Positions 1 through 10,285 of a DNA stretch of 64,000 nt are shown in pieces. Location: assembly GCA_008690995.1 (NCBI GenBank), contig VRMN01000002.1, positions 558,001-622,000 of the forward strand, in the 5' to 3' direction. The notes below the pieces were generated by a model, which made no database searches, was not told where the DNA came from, and was given only the letters and a program-made list of their open reading frames with translations. Origin of the DNA: Porphyridium purpureum. Taxonomy: Eukaryota. Within the stretch, counting starts at the first letter, position 1, and every line of letters begins with the position of its first letter. The position numbers were made by a program, and so were the translations under genes.

Positions 1-1
1 C

Positions 2-1096
2 TTTGATGACCAGAGCGCATCATGTCTGGGTCTTACACGCATGCTGCATCGACTCAACGCGTCGGTTGAAATTTTGGAGGACGTACTTCTTCAAAAGGCA
101 ATCGTCTTCTGTTCGCCGAAGTGTGTTCTCGTATCTTGCTCCGTATTATTCGGTCACCCCGTGACCGGGAGGGAGAACAATGCTTGGGCTGAACACTATG
201 TGCCTCCCGTTGTCCGCTTGCGTGCGTTTCGCCGTATCCTTCGCTTCATTGATCACACTTACGATTTTGAGAACGAGTTTGACATTGCAGGGCAGCTGAG
301 AGCCGTCTTCCGCGGTGTCGCCGTGGGAAATAGCTTTCCTGAGCTTTGCATGGGCCGAGCAAAAGTGCAGCGAGGGCGGTTAGAAGCTTTAGAGCTTGTT
401 GCCCCTAGACGTGCGCCGTCAGTTGACTTACTTCGCCAGCTGAACGAGCTGACATACGTTTCGGGCAAATCAGTAGATCCCGCTCACTGGGTCCCAAAGG
501 GGCTCTTAATTGATAAGGATGACCTTTTGGAAATATCAGCTGCGCCACGTAGAGCAGATCCGCCGTTGAGCGTATCTCTTGCATTGAACGAAGCTCGCTG
601 CTTTGATGGGCGCTTCGTGGTGAGAGTTTCTTGGGCGTCTCGGAGGGTCATGCCGAGAAAACAAGCAGAAGAATGTGCAACGGCTGCATTTATGGGTCTC
701 CAGGAGCAAGCGCCCTTAAATGAGGAGTTCTCAGAAGATCTTCGTAGCCTTAGAGTATTGGTGCGATACCTGCATGAATCTGAATTGGAGGCTCTCGTCA
801 CGAAGCACCGTTTCCTACAGTTTGAAGGCGAGAACTTGCTCGCACTGCGCTCAGGCGGGCTCGTTGCTTTCGAGCTCGAGGCTCAAGGCGGGCAAGAAGG
901 CGATGGCCCTTTCGAAAGCTCAAATAATCAGCTTATTGCTATTCCTGCGTTGAAGTGGTCTGTTAGCGAGATCGCGAGGCGTGAAACGAGGTATGTTGTT
1001 TTCCCCCGTCCTGAGGGTGGCTTGTCGTTCTCAGTCCGGTATTCGCCTATTTATTGCGAGCTCGAGTACATCTCCGCGAATACGCTTCCTATATAA
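2..1096 (+). CDS. Hypothetical protein, probably 5'-truncated by the window edge
   Basis: The frame is open from position 2 through the 351-aa ORF to TAA at 1094-1096. Composition is protein-like; no motif recognised. Confidence 0.6.
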   Translation, partial: FDDQSASCLGLTRMLHRLNASVEILEDVLLQKAIVFCSPKCVLVSCSVLFGHPVTGRENNAWAEHYVPPVVRLRAFRRILRFIDHTYDFENEFDIAGQLRAVFRGVAVGNSFPELCMGRAKVQRGRLEALELVAPRRAPSVDLLRQLNELTYVSGKSVDPAHWVPKGLLIDKDDLLEISAAPRRADPPLSVSLALNEARCFDGRFVVRVSWASRRVMPRKQAEECATAAFMGLQEQAPLNEEFSEDLRSLRVLVRYLHESELEALVTKHRFLQFEGENLLALRSGGLVAFELEAQGGQEGDGPFESSNNQLIAIPALKWSVSEIARRETRYVVFPRPEGGLSFSVRYSPIYCELEYISANTLPI

Positions 1097-1172
1097 GAAC
1101 AATGGGATTCGCACGCGAATTCTTCGAAAGACATATAAAAAGCATCTCGAGGGAACGCACTTTGTTTTCTCT

Positions 1173-2024
1173 TCAGCTCGCTTCCATTTGCAATGAGCTG
1201 ACCGCTGCCGATGTCGCTAAACGTCCGCGTACGACTTGAGCGCACAATGCTTCTCGAATGAACTCGCGGTATGCCATGGAAGCCTCCAGCGCGGCTTGAT
1301 TTGCCCCCGTAAATTCTGCTTGGGTGCGTACTCTCCCGTCAACATGAAGCGCAGTAAACCCCGTCTCCTCCGCATAATCGCCGTGCACCGCGGTCAACAC
1401 AAATGCTGCCACACCCTCCTCTACCGCATCCGGATCCATCAAAACCAGGGAAGAGCTTTCTCCCGGCAACACGACGACAGCCACGACACCCGCACTCCAA
1501 GGCGATCGCATCGCGATGCGCGCATGCATCAAGGCACAGGCAACCGCGTTGATGGCTGCGCAAACCACGCTGCCGTTCTGATTCAGCACGTGCACGGAGA
1601 TGCTTACGAGCGCACGCGGCATTAAGTGCGTCATGATCAATCCGAGGCAACTCTCCTTAATGATCTTCTCGAGGACCGCCGCGCGAGACGACGCGTCGCT
1701 ACTGCCCTGCTTTTGCGTTTCGGCAATACGCACGTGGACTTGTACTGCAGCTTGCAGAGGAACTTGCAGCCGAGTTGTACAATAAACTGGACCGAACACA
1801 GAGGCCACCACTTGCGTGCCTGTGTTGCCTCCAAGGGTCACTTTCGCAGAGCCGTCCGCCTTGGACACAGAACCAAACTCGATACGCACATCACGTGTTG
1901 CACGCTCGTCTCGACCCCTGCTGCGCTCTCGAGCAAAGGTTCTCCGCGACGGTCTGGGACCGGACGATTCCGGGAGGGACGCTCCGAGTCCAAACTCGAG
2001 CGGCACCTTTGTCGACGTCATCAT
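1173..2024 (-). CDS. RRP46: Exosome complex RNase PH-like subunit (RRP46/RRP41 family)
   Basis: RNase PH motifs: 'GSVSKADGSAKV..G.TQVVASVFGP' and 'ISVHVLNQNGSVVCAAINAVACALMHARIAM'. Confidence 0.8.
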   Translation of the reverse strand: MMTSTKVPLEFGLGASLPESSGPRPSRRTFARERSRGRDERATRDVRIEFGSVSKADGSAKVTLGGNTGTQVVASVFGPVYCTTRLQVPLQAAVQVHVRIAETQKQGSSDASSRAAVLEKIIKESCLGLIMTHLMPRALVSISVHVLNQNGSVVCAAINAVACALMHARIAMRSPWSAGVVAVVVLPGESSSLVLMDPDAVEEGVAAFVLTAVHGDYAEETGFTALHVDGRVRTQAEFTGANQAALEASMAYREFIREALCAQVVRGRLATSAAVSSLQMEAS

Positions 2025-2162
2025 TCAACGGCCAATGCGCCGCTCCCTTTCGACGAGGTTGTCGCTCTGATTGGTTTGGGCAAACTGAAAATCTTCGTGG
2101 CCGAAAAGAGTCACATTGGTTGCATGAATGGACACATGGCGTGACTACAAGCTACCGAAACG

Positions 2163-3140
2163 ATGCTGTGGTTATTGCTGTGGCTGTCGCGCTGGTTTGA
2201 AAACAGCAGACCTTTCCGTCTGCGACGACGACGACAACCAAGTGGACGAGAAGAAGCAGCCACGGAGACCGAGAGCTCCTTGAGCCGCAACACTTCAGAA
2301 GTGGCGCTCGAGAACTTGCTGCGACGCTGGGATCGACAATTTGAGGACGGAGTGTTTGGAATGCCTGTTTCTGTATCCGAAGAGAGTATACGAACGGTGC
2401 CTTCGCTCACCGATGTTTTCAGTGCGAGGTCGGGGCACAATTCCGGCGTAGAGCACGGCCAGGACGGTCGCCAGGCAGAAATGGAACCAGGCCCGACACG
2501 GGACGTTCGAGACATCTGTCACAAGAAGGTTTGGCCTTTGAGTTCCTCGACATGGACAGATGGGCGGGCTCTTTTTCGCCTTCATTTTCTCGGCGAACTT
2601 GCTCCGTGCACTAACGTTCTTGTTCAGACTCGAGAGGACAACACAGCGAACGAATCTGCATTTGTGGAACCGGGTCTTGCGTGCACTATTTGCCTTGAGC
2701 AAGTGGCATTGAACGAAACGATATGCTGCGGAGCGCCGATATGTACGCGATGTGTTGTCGCCATTGAACATGTAGCCAGTGGCCTAAGCTTGGCATGGAG
2801 GTCAGCGAATGTTCGGGACAACTTGCTCGAACGATCTGATCCCGAATTTGAATTGGGGTTTGATGAGCGCTGGGTTTTGCGCCCCTGTGAGTCACAGATT
2901 TTTGAAGATGTCGCGCCGTTGTTCGTCAGGGCACAGACCCGTCGACGGTGTCCATTCTGCCGAGCGCCTCTTGCTGCGCGCAAGAAGGGATTCGATTCGG
3001 ACTCGAGCAAGCGGTCTCGTCAGACCGACAACAAGCCAGACGATAGCAGTCGCTTTGAAACGGACCAAATGGCATGCTGTACTCAAGAATTCTCGATAGC
3101 GGATCGCCGGCTTCAACGAATGAATGCCTCCCATTGGTGA
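2163..3140 (+). CDS. Divergent RING-type zinc-finger protein
   Basis: CTIC...CCGAPICTRC...CPFCRAPL in a 325-aa ORF divergent from RRP46. Confidence 0.6.
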   Translation: MLWLLLWLSRWFENSRPFRLRRRRQPSGREEAATETESSLSRNTSEVALENLLRRWDRQFEDGVFGMPVSVSEESIRTVPSLTDVFSARSGHNSGVEHGQDGRQAEMEPGPTRDVRDICHKKVWPLSSSTWTDGRALFRLHFLGELAPCTNVLVQTREDNTANESAFVEPGLACTICLEQVALNETICCGAPICTRCVVAIEHVASGLSLAWRSANVRDNLLERSDPEFELGFDERWVLRPCESQIFEDVAPLFVRAQTRRRCPFCRAPLAARKKGFDSDSSKRSRQTDNKPDDSSRFETDQMACCTQEFSIADRRLQRMNASHW

Positions 3141-4090
3141 AAAGGGAGAGAAGAGAGCGCATCAGAAGCCGCATGAGTTCTTCAGACTGGACGCGTCGTA
3201 TCTGTACATTTGTGTGCTGTAAAGAGTGGTGCTTGCCAATATGAAACGGCATGATGCGGAGTCTGCATTGCAGTCTTCCATGAGTTTTCGAAGCAGACTA
3301 TATGAGGCTGGTCTATCTCGAAGACTAGACAGCGGCTGGCCAGCTGGTGGCAACGTCGAACCATTTGACGCGGCTGGCGTACCTCAATTTCACGTGGCCG
3401 AGCGCCTTCAGATTCACTTCACGGAGCATGTCGAAGCAGCACCGGCCCAGAGTGAAGTGGCGATGTGGTGTCGTCTTGCCTAGCGCGAGGAGTGGGATCG
3501 TATTGGACAAAGCCCGGCAATCTGCTACATTCTGTTTGTTTCGTCCGTGGAGCCGGTCTGGGGCGATGGACGGCGCCCGGCAGACTCGGTATAATACAAC
3601 GAATTTCTCTGGCCAAAAAGATCAACACGGTGGGGCAAGCTTAGCAAGCCACCTTAGCGCACGGCGAGCACTAGATGACCGCCCCTGACGGATCATGACT
3701 TGCGACCCGGGCCTTGAACTAGAAAAGGATAAGTGCGGTGTCGTCAAACCTCACTTCAGCAGACCTGTGCGATCTGCTGAACTCAAGTCCGACGCCGCGC
3801 AAAGAGGCGCACGGCCGCCGTCCAAAAAATGGCCGTGGCGTGTTCGCGCACGAAGCATCAACCCGTACCTTCGCACGCGCGTCGAGGGCGAAGCCGCCCG
3901 TGTTGCAGTACAGTTCGCGTCGAGGGTACAGTGCATCGGTTGTGGGCGATGCAGGCGCCACTTGCCGCGACGTTGCGTCGTGGCAGGGTCGTACGTCGCC
4001 TGCGTCAAAGTCACAAGCATTTTCTTAAATCTTTACTCTTCTGCGTCAATTCCTCTCCCGGCTCCATCGCAGGAACAGACGAAGCGCCGC

Positions 4091-4519
4091 CTATTCGTAC
4101 GATTTTGTGTACGCCTCTGCGTCCATCAGCGCGTCCACCTCGGACGGGGAGTCCATTTCGATCTTCACCATCCACCCATTGCCAAACGCGTCCTCATTCA
4201 CGGAGGCGGGTTGGTCGGCGAGCAGGTCGTTGATGCCCACGACCTTGCCCGAGACGGGCGCGTAGATATCTGACGCGGCCTTGACCGACTCGACCGCGGC
4301 GCACGTCTCGCCCGCAGTGACCGCGTCGCCCACCTGCGGCAGGTCGACAAACACGATATCTCCCAGCTCGCCAGCCGCGTGCGCCGTAATACCCATGGTG
4401 GCAGTATTGCCCTCCACCTTGCACCACTCGTGCGACTTTGCGTACCTGCGATCGGCCGGGTTCTGCGCCTCGGCGCAAAAGCCTCTGCTCGTGAGCTGCC
4501 ACGCGTTGCGCTGCGCCAT
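4091..4519 (-). CDS. GCSH: Glycine cleavage system H protein, mitochondrial
   Basis: 'YAKSHEWC', 'GITAHAAGELGDIVFVDLP', lipoyl motif 'VESVKAASDIYAPVSG', 'NEDAFGNGWM'. In-frame ATG at 4519; an alternative start at 4590 would need a frameshift (see findings). Confidence 0.95.
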   Translation of the reverse strand: MAQRNAWQLTSRGFCAEAQNPADRRYAKSHEWCKVEGNTATMGITAHAAGELGDIVFVDLPQVGDAVTAGETCAAVESVKAASDIYAPVSGKVVGINDLLADQPASVNEDAFGNGWMVKIEMDSPSEVDALMDAEAYTKSYE

Positions 4520-5024
4520 CGCGGCCGCGGCCGGCCTGAGCGCGATCCTCGCGGACGCGGGACCGGCCACACTCGCGCCATCGCCGCCATTCCCGCCCGC
4601 GCGTCTGCCCGGCCTGCCCCTCTGCTCCCCAACGCACTCCCTCCCTGATCTTGCGCGCGTCCCCTCGCCTAGCCAAACGCGCGCGTTTGGCATGCGGCGC
4701 AGCGCGCGATCTCCCAAGCGCGGCAGGCGCGGTGCGCGTGTACACCCGGCGCGCGAAGTACAGCCAGCTTACAGTGTGCGTGTACAGCGCGCGCGTGCCG
4801 AGTGGCGGTTCGGGCGGAGCGCTGGCGCGCGCTGCTAGCAAAATAGCGCGCGTTGGGCGCCGCAGCGCACAGTGCGTGCGCCTTGTGGCTCGGGTGCGGT
4901 GCAAGGTGAAGAGGCGACGTGGGACGGGTGGCGAGGCGTGGGGTGTCGGGGACGCGGGCGCGTGGGCAGCAGGGGGTGGGCGGGGGGTGAGAGCGAGCGG
5001 CTCAGTCTAGGGTCTGCGGGCACC

Positions 5025-5138
5025 ATGGGGATGTGCGCGTCGAAGGAGGAGACAAAGACGAAGAAGCCAATTCCAAAGGGCTACACCCGGTTCAAGATGG
5101 ACGAGGAGCCGCAGAAGACAGAGGAAGGAGGCCAGTAG
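5025..5138 (+). CDS. Putative 37-aa N-myristoylated/palmitoylated microprotein (MGMCASKEE...)
   Basis: GCACCATGG start context, MGxCxSK N-terminus, codons mostly ending in G/C, TAG at 5136-5138. Divergent from GCSH. Confidence 0.55.
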   Translation: MGMCASKEETKTKKPIPKGYTRFKMDEEPQKTEEGGQ

Positions 5139-5789
5139 GCGGCATCCGTCGCGCGCGCGCTGGCGCAAGTGGGCAGCCGTGCGCGGGATCGGCGCACCCC
5201 GGCCGGCTGGAACACGGCACTCACGTCCGTGACGTGACTCGTTTCTTCTTCTTCTACTTCTTATTTCTTTCCAAGTCGCGTGTGCACCACGAGTTCTTCC
5301 GAGCCTGCATTCCTCGTCCACCGCTTCTTGGCTTTCTGGCGATGGTGAGGCCTCTTTCTTGCAATTTGTGTTCGCCGCCGATGCGGCGGGAGGGCGGCCA
5401 AGAACCTTGCGACTGCAGTGCAATGGAACTTAGATTGACTTTTCTTGTATTCTGTGATGCGGCACGCCTCACCTCGGCCGAATCCTTCCTTGGAATCGCT
5501 TCAACGTGCAGCTGCCTGCGAAGGGAATGTATTTTCGATTTTTCTTCGATCCCTTCTTCATTTTTTTTTCTTTTCTGTGATCGGGGTGTTTGGGTCACGG
5601 TTCAGACAGTACGCTCCCAGGCCTTGCCTCACTTTGCTTGTACATTGGACCGACTGACTCGCCCAAGTCTGCTATTCCTAGCGACGGAAAGGCGCGATTG
5701 GCGCGTGTTTCTGTGCGTCCACCTGTACAACTCCTGCTTTTTTGGAGCGTTCGTACTATTAAAAGAAAAACATCAGATTCTCGTCGGGC

Positions 5790-7487
5790 ATGGAAGCGCT
5801 TGTTGAGTTGTGGTTGGCAGACGCCTTGCAAGAGGTAGCTGCTGCCTCGGCTCGTCGCGGCCAGCACCCATCGCAGGAGAGGGGCTTGCTGATTTGGGGT
5901 GGTCCCGGAACCGGCAAAACCTACCTTTTGAGAAAATGGCTCGCTCTTCATGCCTGCTCGCCGCGGGCAACCATGAGTTTGGTCCTGTGTGGACTTGAGC
6001 TCATTGCGTTGGGGGATGATGCGCTTGCGCATGTTTGCAAGTTGCGCAACGTAGCTCAGCAATCAGGGGACCTGTGTCATATCTTCTTTGCTTTGGACGG
6101 CGCCGACCTTCTCAGCCGATGCGAGCGAGCTGATGAAATTACTCTCCAAATAATTGCGCTGATCGACCTTGCTCATGTGACCAGTGCTGCAACCGCGTGC
6201 CAGCCTTCGCGGGTTTGTCTGCCTCTACGACGCGCTTTAAGACTGGACCGTACGCTGCGAATCTCGTTTCCACGGGACAAGCAGCGCGAGAATGCGTTCC
6301 GATGGTGGTTGGACAAGTGGGCGCGGGCCGCCGCGCCGTGCACTTGTGACGAACACCCGGGTGGCACATGTCAGAACATGCCGGTCTTGCGTGGAGTTGC
6401 ACAACGAGCAGCTCACAAAACAGTAGGCTACGGCTGTCGCGATTTGTGTAGGTTGATTTTCAGACTCGAATGCGCTCTCGCAGATGAAACGCTCTCGTGC
6501 AGTACTTTTCTCACGTCGCTGGGAGCTGTGCTCGAGGCTGAGCTTGACCTGGTTGTGCCGGAAAGCATTCACAATGTGCGAGCGCTGGGAAATCTTGTGC
6601 TAAGTGATGATGAAGCGGTACCGCGGTCCTATGCAGGCAACTCTGGCGCAGCAAACAAGTGGGGAAGGGTTGCCGGGTACCACGACGTCAAGCATCGCAT
6701 CGAAATGATCACTGAATGGCCACAGACTCATGAGGATACCTTCAAACGATTATCGATCGCAGCTCCGACTGGAATGCTGCTTGTTGGGCCTGCTGGGTGC
6801 GGCAAGACGCTAATCGCTCGTACACTAGGAGCCAGGCTCCAGAGAGCACACTTTATTGAAATAATGGCTCCAATGCTCTTGAGCCAGTATCTAGGCGATA
6901 GTGAGCGCCGTGTTCGAGCGCTTTTTGAATCGCTTGAATCATTGAGCCCGGTTGTTCTTCTGGTTGATGATATCGATGTGCTAGCTTCACGAAATGCTCG
7001 CGGTGATGATGCGGACGCCGATTTAGTCATTCAGCGCATCCTCGGATCCTTGCTAACGGAACTGGATGGCATTTCAAGCAAGCGCGACGCAGGCTTTGCC
7101 TCAAATATCTTCTTCCTTGCATGCGCTCAAAATGAACAAGATGTTGACCCGGCTCTGATTCGGGCCGGTCGCGTAGACACGGTCGTACAAATCGGCCTTC
7201 CAAGCCAAAGCGACCGACGAGAAATTCTTTTGGCAGCGACATCGGCATACTCAGAAGGCTTCTCCGTACATGAACTCTCAGAAGCGGTCGTGTCCAAGTT
7301 CGTGTGTTGCACGGAAGGAATGTCTTGTGCAGCTCTTGATCGTCTTGTGCGAGAATCGGTGCATCTTGCACGCAGCGAAGGCACGCCTCTGGAAAAGGTA
7401 TACGAGAAGGAATGCGAGGAGAGGGAGCGACAGGATAGTACGCTCGACTTATCGGAGCACATTGCGAGTTGCTTGGTTCTAGAGTAG
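5790..7487 (+). CDS. Tandem AAA+ ATPase, CDC48/AFG2/PEX1-like, divergent
   Basis: Two Walker A motifs (GGPGTGKT, GPAGCGKT), pore loop 'QYLGDSE', 'LLTELDG', second region of homology 'DPALIRAGRVD'. Confidence 0.85.
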   Translation: MEALVELWLADALQEVAAASARRGQHPSQERGLLIWGGPGTGKTYLLRKWLALHACSPRATMSLVLCGLELIALGDDALAHVCKLRNVAQQSGDLCHIFFALDGADLLSRCERADEITLQIIALIDLAHVTSAATACQPSRVCLPLRRALRLDRTLRISFPRDKQRENAFRWWLDKWARAAAPCTCDEHPGGTCQNMPVLRGVAQRAAHKTVGYGCRDLCRLIFRLECALADETLSCSTFLTSLGAVLEAELDLVVPESIHNVRALGNLVLSDDEAVPRSYAGNSGAANKWGRVAGYHDVKHRIEMITEWPQTHEDTFKRLSIAAPTGMLLVGPAGCGKTLIARTLGARLQRAHFIEIMAPMLLSQYLGDSERRVRALFESLESLSPVVLLVDDIDVLASRNARGDDADADLVIQRILGSLLTELDGISSKRDAGFASNIFFLACAQNEQDVDPALIRAGRVDTVVQIGLPSQSDRREILLAATSAYSEGFSVHELSEAVVSKFVCCTEGMSCAALDRLVRESVHLARSEGTPLEKVYEKECEERERQDSTLDLSEHIASCLVLE

Positions 7488-7749
7488 TGCCTGCATGGAC
7501 GGGGAGAACAAGTGCTACGAATGCAAGGCAGACCAAAACGGCAGGGACCGATTAGCCGAACAGGGTGTCGCAGGACAGTCAACAACAACGCTCAGATGCC
7601 TCCCCGCATCCTATTCCTAAAGGGAGATGATTCGTGGCATTTTGGCGAAATCTGTTCAGGACGATTGCGTGGTACTTCAGAGCGATGCACCTCTTCGCCG
7701 CGATGCGCTAGAAATGCTCTAGTGGAATCGCTGCACCTTACGTACTACT

Positions 7750-9852
7750 TTATAACTTTGCAAATGCCATTTCGTGTTTCTTGAGAATGCTTAGGTACCA
7801 CTCAACGCAGCCTAATCTTCGGTACGGATCTGCCGTCTGCGCGGACGCCTTGATCATGCCTAGCAGCAGCGCCACACAAAAGTCTGCTTGATTCTCTCTG
7901 AATCCATCCAGAAGGGCATCTAGAGCTGATTTTGAAAGTTCCAGGAACGGCAAATCGACAATGCTCAGAGATCTCGCGAGGGCAAGACAAAGTATCCTAA
8001 AGAGAGGATCTCTGGTATCTAAACTCGACAAAATAGCTTGACTGACTTCTCCAAAACAAGATTCCAGTGCTCCAACCGTAACGCGACCGGCTCCTCGCAC
8101 GAGGCAGTCGTAAAATCGAACGACTTGGACAGGGGCTAGTGAAGGAGCCGCGACCAGGAAAGTCGAAAGAAGTGTGGTCACATTTTGCGGACTTAGAACC
8201 ACCACGTTTGGTTCCGCATCTAGCAGGCGAACAATAGTGTCAACAGCGGAGTCTCGGCAAGGACCAGAATCCTGCCTCACCATTCTGCTCAGGCCCTGCA
8301 AAACAGACTCCATAACTGGCTCAAAATGGTGGACTCCGAGATTTGGAATCAAGTCCTGTAATAAGCTTGAGAAAAACAATGCCTCTAAATCCAGTGTCTT
8401 CGTTGATTTGGAATTGGCTTCGAGCGCGTACTTCCCATAGAAGGCTCCTATGGATCGAGTAAGCGGAATTAAGAAGTCTTGCGAGAGCTTTCGCGATTCG
8501 ACGTCCGTCTTTGGTGATGGCAGCATTATCAGCCGTCGAGGCTCATTGAGTCTGCTCGCTGGAAAGAGCCTACAACATATTTCGATTGAACGAAGGGAGC
8601 AGGTTCCGTTCGCAGTCGCAACGGTCCATAGAAAAATGTACAATGCTTGAGCTTGCTTCTGTGACTCTGCCTCGTCAGGATTGTTGAGAATATGCTCGCA
8701 ATGAATGCTGGCTGCTTCTTCGAGCACGTGAATAAACTCAATGTCCCTGAGCTGAATGAATCTTATGCATGCTACTGCCAGTTCATGATGATACGCCACG
8801 TAGACCTGTCGAACGCTGGACCATTCATCGGGTGTCTCTGTCGACATCTTTGGATCAAAGCAGCACCTGACCATGAAAAGCAAGTCATCGGTGCTCACCC
8901 CACGCAGAAAGGCAGGCTCCACGCTTGAAGCAATGCACCAAAGCAGTAGCTGAAACGCAGATCTCGAAATCCTTTCAGCTGCTTCAGGTTGCACGTTTTG
9001 CCTTATCTCGTAAAATGGTTGTACGTGTGGCGTTGATTGTACTTCAAGAGATCTCAATGTCTTGATTTGATTCGCAACACATTCTGCTTGCCGTTCGTCC
9101 TGCTGCGTGCCGATGAGAAATCCGCCAAGCATGGCAGCAAACACAAGATCGTCATGCGAATGTCCCATCCGCGCGCTGACCTCGCTCAAGACACGCAAGA
9201 CATCCGTTGAAGATATTAGTTCCGGAACGTCCTGCAGGAGTCTTTGACCGAGCCACACCAGAGTCCCGAAATGCACAATATCCCACTTACTCGTCGCCTT
9301 TGGTTCCCCCCACACTCCCAAAATCAAAGACACAAGAGATATTGTTCGAGGAAGAGGCGCGCCCTCGCTCTGTGCACAAAATGAAATAGCCCAGGCTAGC
9401 GGAGCGACTAATTGTGGGTCCAGTGTCGAACGCCTCGCGATGTCCAAAAGTCCATCAAGCGCGCTCAGTCCCGTGTCTGAAATTGAATACGCCTGAAGCG
9501 CATGGGCACACCCGAGAACACTTGCTGCTGCTGAAATCAAGGAATACATGGCCGGAGAAGGTCCAGCTCTCGGGATTTGTCCTTCCGCGTTGCTTTGTTC
9601 GAATAAAACGTTCAACAGCACACGAACGGCTCGGACTGCTTCATTGAGTTGCTTCGCGACTTTCCCATAGTAGCGCGAGAAGAAAGCATAGATGAAGCCG
9701 ACCTCTTCATGACGATGCGACATGCTGAGTAATTCGTGGCTGAGCACAGACAAATGGTCAAGAATGACTTGCGAGCGAGCAACAATGCTAGCCGCGTCGC
9801 CATGGGTAGCCAGCTCAAGAGCGGCTACCGCGTCAAGGGCGCGCGTCGCCAT
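7750..9852 (-). CDS. Large Leu-rich helical (ARM/HEAT-like) hypothetical protein
   Basis: ~700-codon open frame with amphipathic helical composition. First ATG at 9852. Confidence 0.75.
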   Translation of the reverse strand: MATRALDAVAALELATHGDAASIVARSQVILDHLSVLSHELLSMSHRHEEVGFIYAFFSRYYGKVAKQLNEAVRAVRVLLNVLFEQSNAEGQIPRAGPSPAMYSLISAAASVLGCAHALQAYSISDTGLSALDGLLDIARRSTLDPQLVAPLAWAISFCAQSEGAPLPRTISLVSLILGVWGEPKATSKWDIVHFGTLVWLGQRLLQDVPELISSTDVLRVLSEVSARMGHSHDDLVFAAMLGGFLIGTQQDERQAECVANQIKTLRSLEVQSTPHVQPFYEIRQNVQPEAAERISRSAFQLLLWCIASSVEPAFLRGVSTDDLLFMVRCCFDPKMSTETPDEWSSVRQVYVAYHHELAVACIRFIQLRDIEFIHVLEEAASIHCEHILNNPDEAESQKQAQALYIFLWTVATANGTCSLRSIEICCRLFPASRLNEPRRLIMLPSPKTDVESRKLSQDFLIPLTRSIGAFYGKYALEANSKSTKTLDLEALFFSSLLQDLIPNLGVHHFEPVMESVLQGLSRMVRQDSGPCRDSAVDTIVRLLDAEPNVVVLSPQNVTTLLSTFLVAAPSLAPVQVVRFYDCLVRGAGRVTVGALESCFGEVSQAILSSLDTRDPLFRILCLALARSLSIVDLPFLELSKSALDALLDGFRENQADFCVALLLGMIKASAQTADPYRRLGCVEWYLSILKKHEMAFAKL

Positions 9853-10285
9853 TGCGCTTGTGAGATCTACTGCCAGCAAACGGGTCGTCGGATATGCACG
9901 TGAAAGAAAGATTGGTGCGGCTCTCCTTCGCAGTGCCCGAGCCGGCTACGCATGGGAGCGACATCGGTTCCTCGCGTCTCTTGAGTGTACTCGGTAGCAG
10001 GTACAGTGGATGGTGACTCGGAAGACGTGCATGTGTGCCTGAAGGTGTTCGTGCTCGTGCGTGCGTGTGGGTGACGGCCACTCGGCAGTTTCTCGGCAGA
10101 CATGGAGCTGCGCGTTACGAATGGAACTTGCGCGATCCGCGCCTGATCTCGAAAGTTCGGCGAGCAATCTGCAGATGCAACATCACATTTCTGTTTTCTC
10201 TTGTCAGTCTTATTGTACAGGACATTATGTTAAAGATGCATTGATTCTGGCTTCCACGCAACGCTGGAAAATCGGGCGCGCTTGG

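Noticed and set aside
3695..5010. Many overlapping Arg/Ala/Pro-rich ORFs here and at 16.3-16.9, 19.9-21.2, 27.0-28.2, 45.0-45.9 and 62.8-63.9 kb
   Set aside because: These are shadow ORFs expected from high GC and from antisense frames of real genes.
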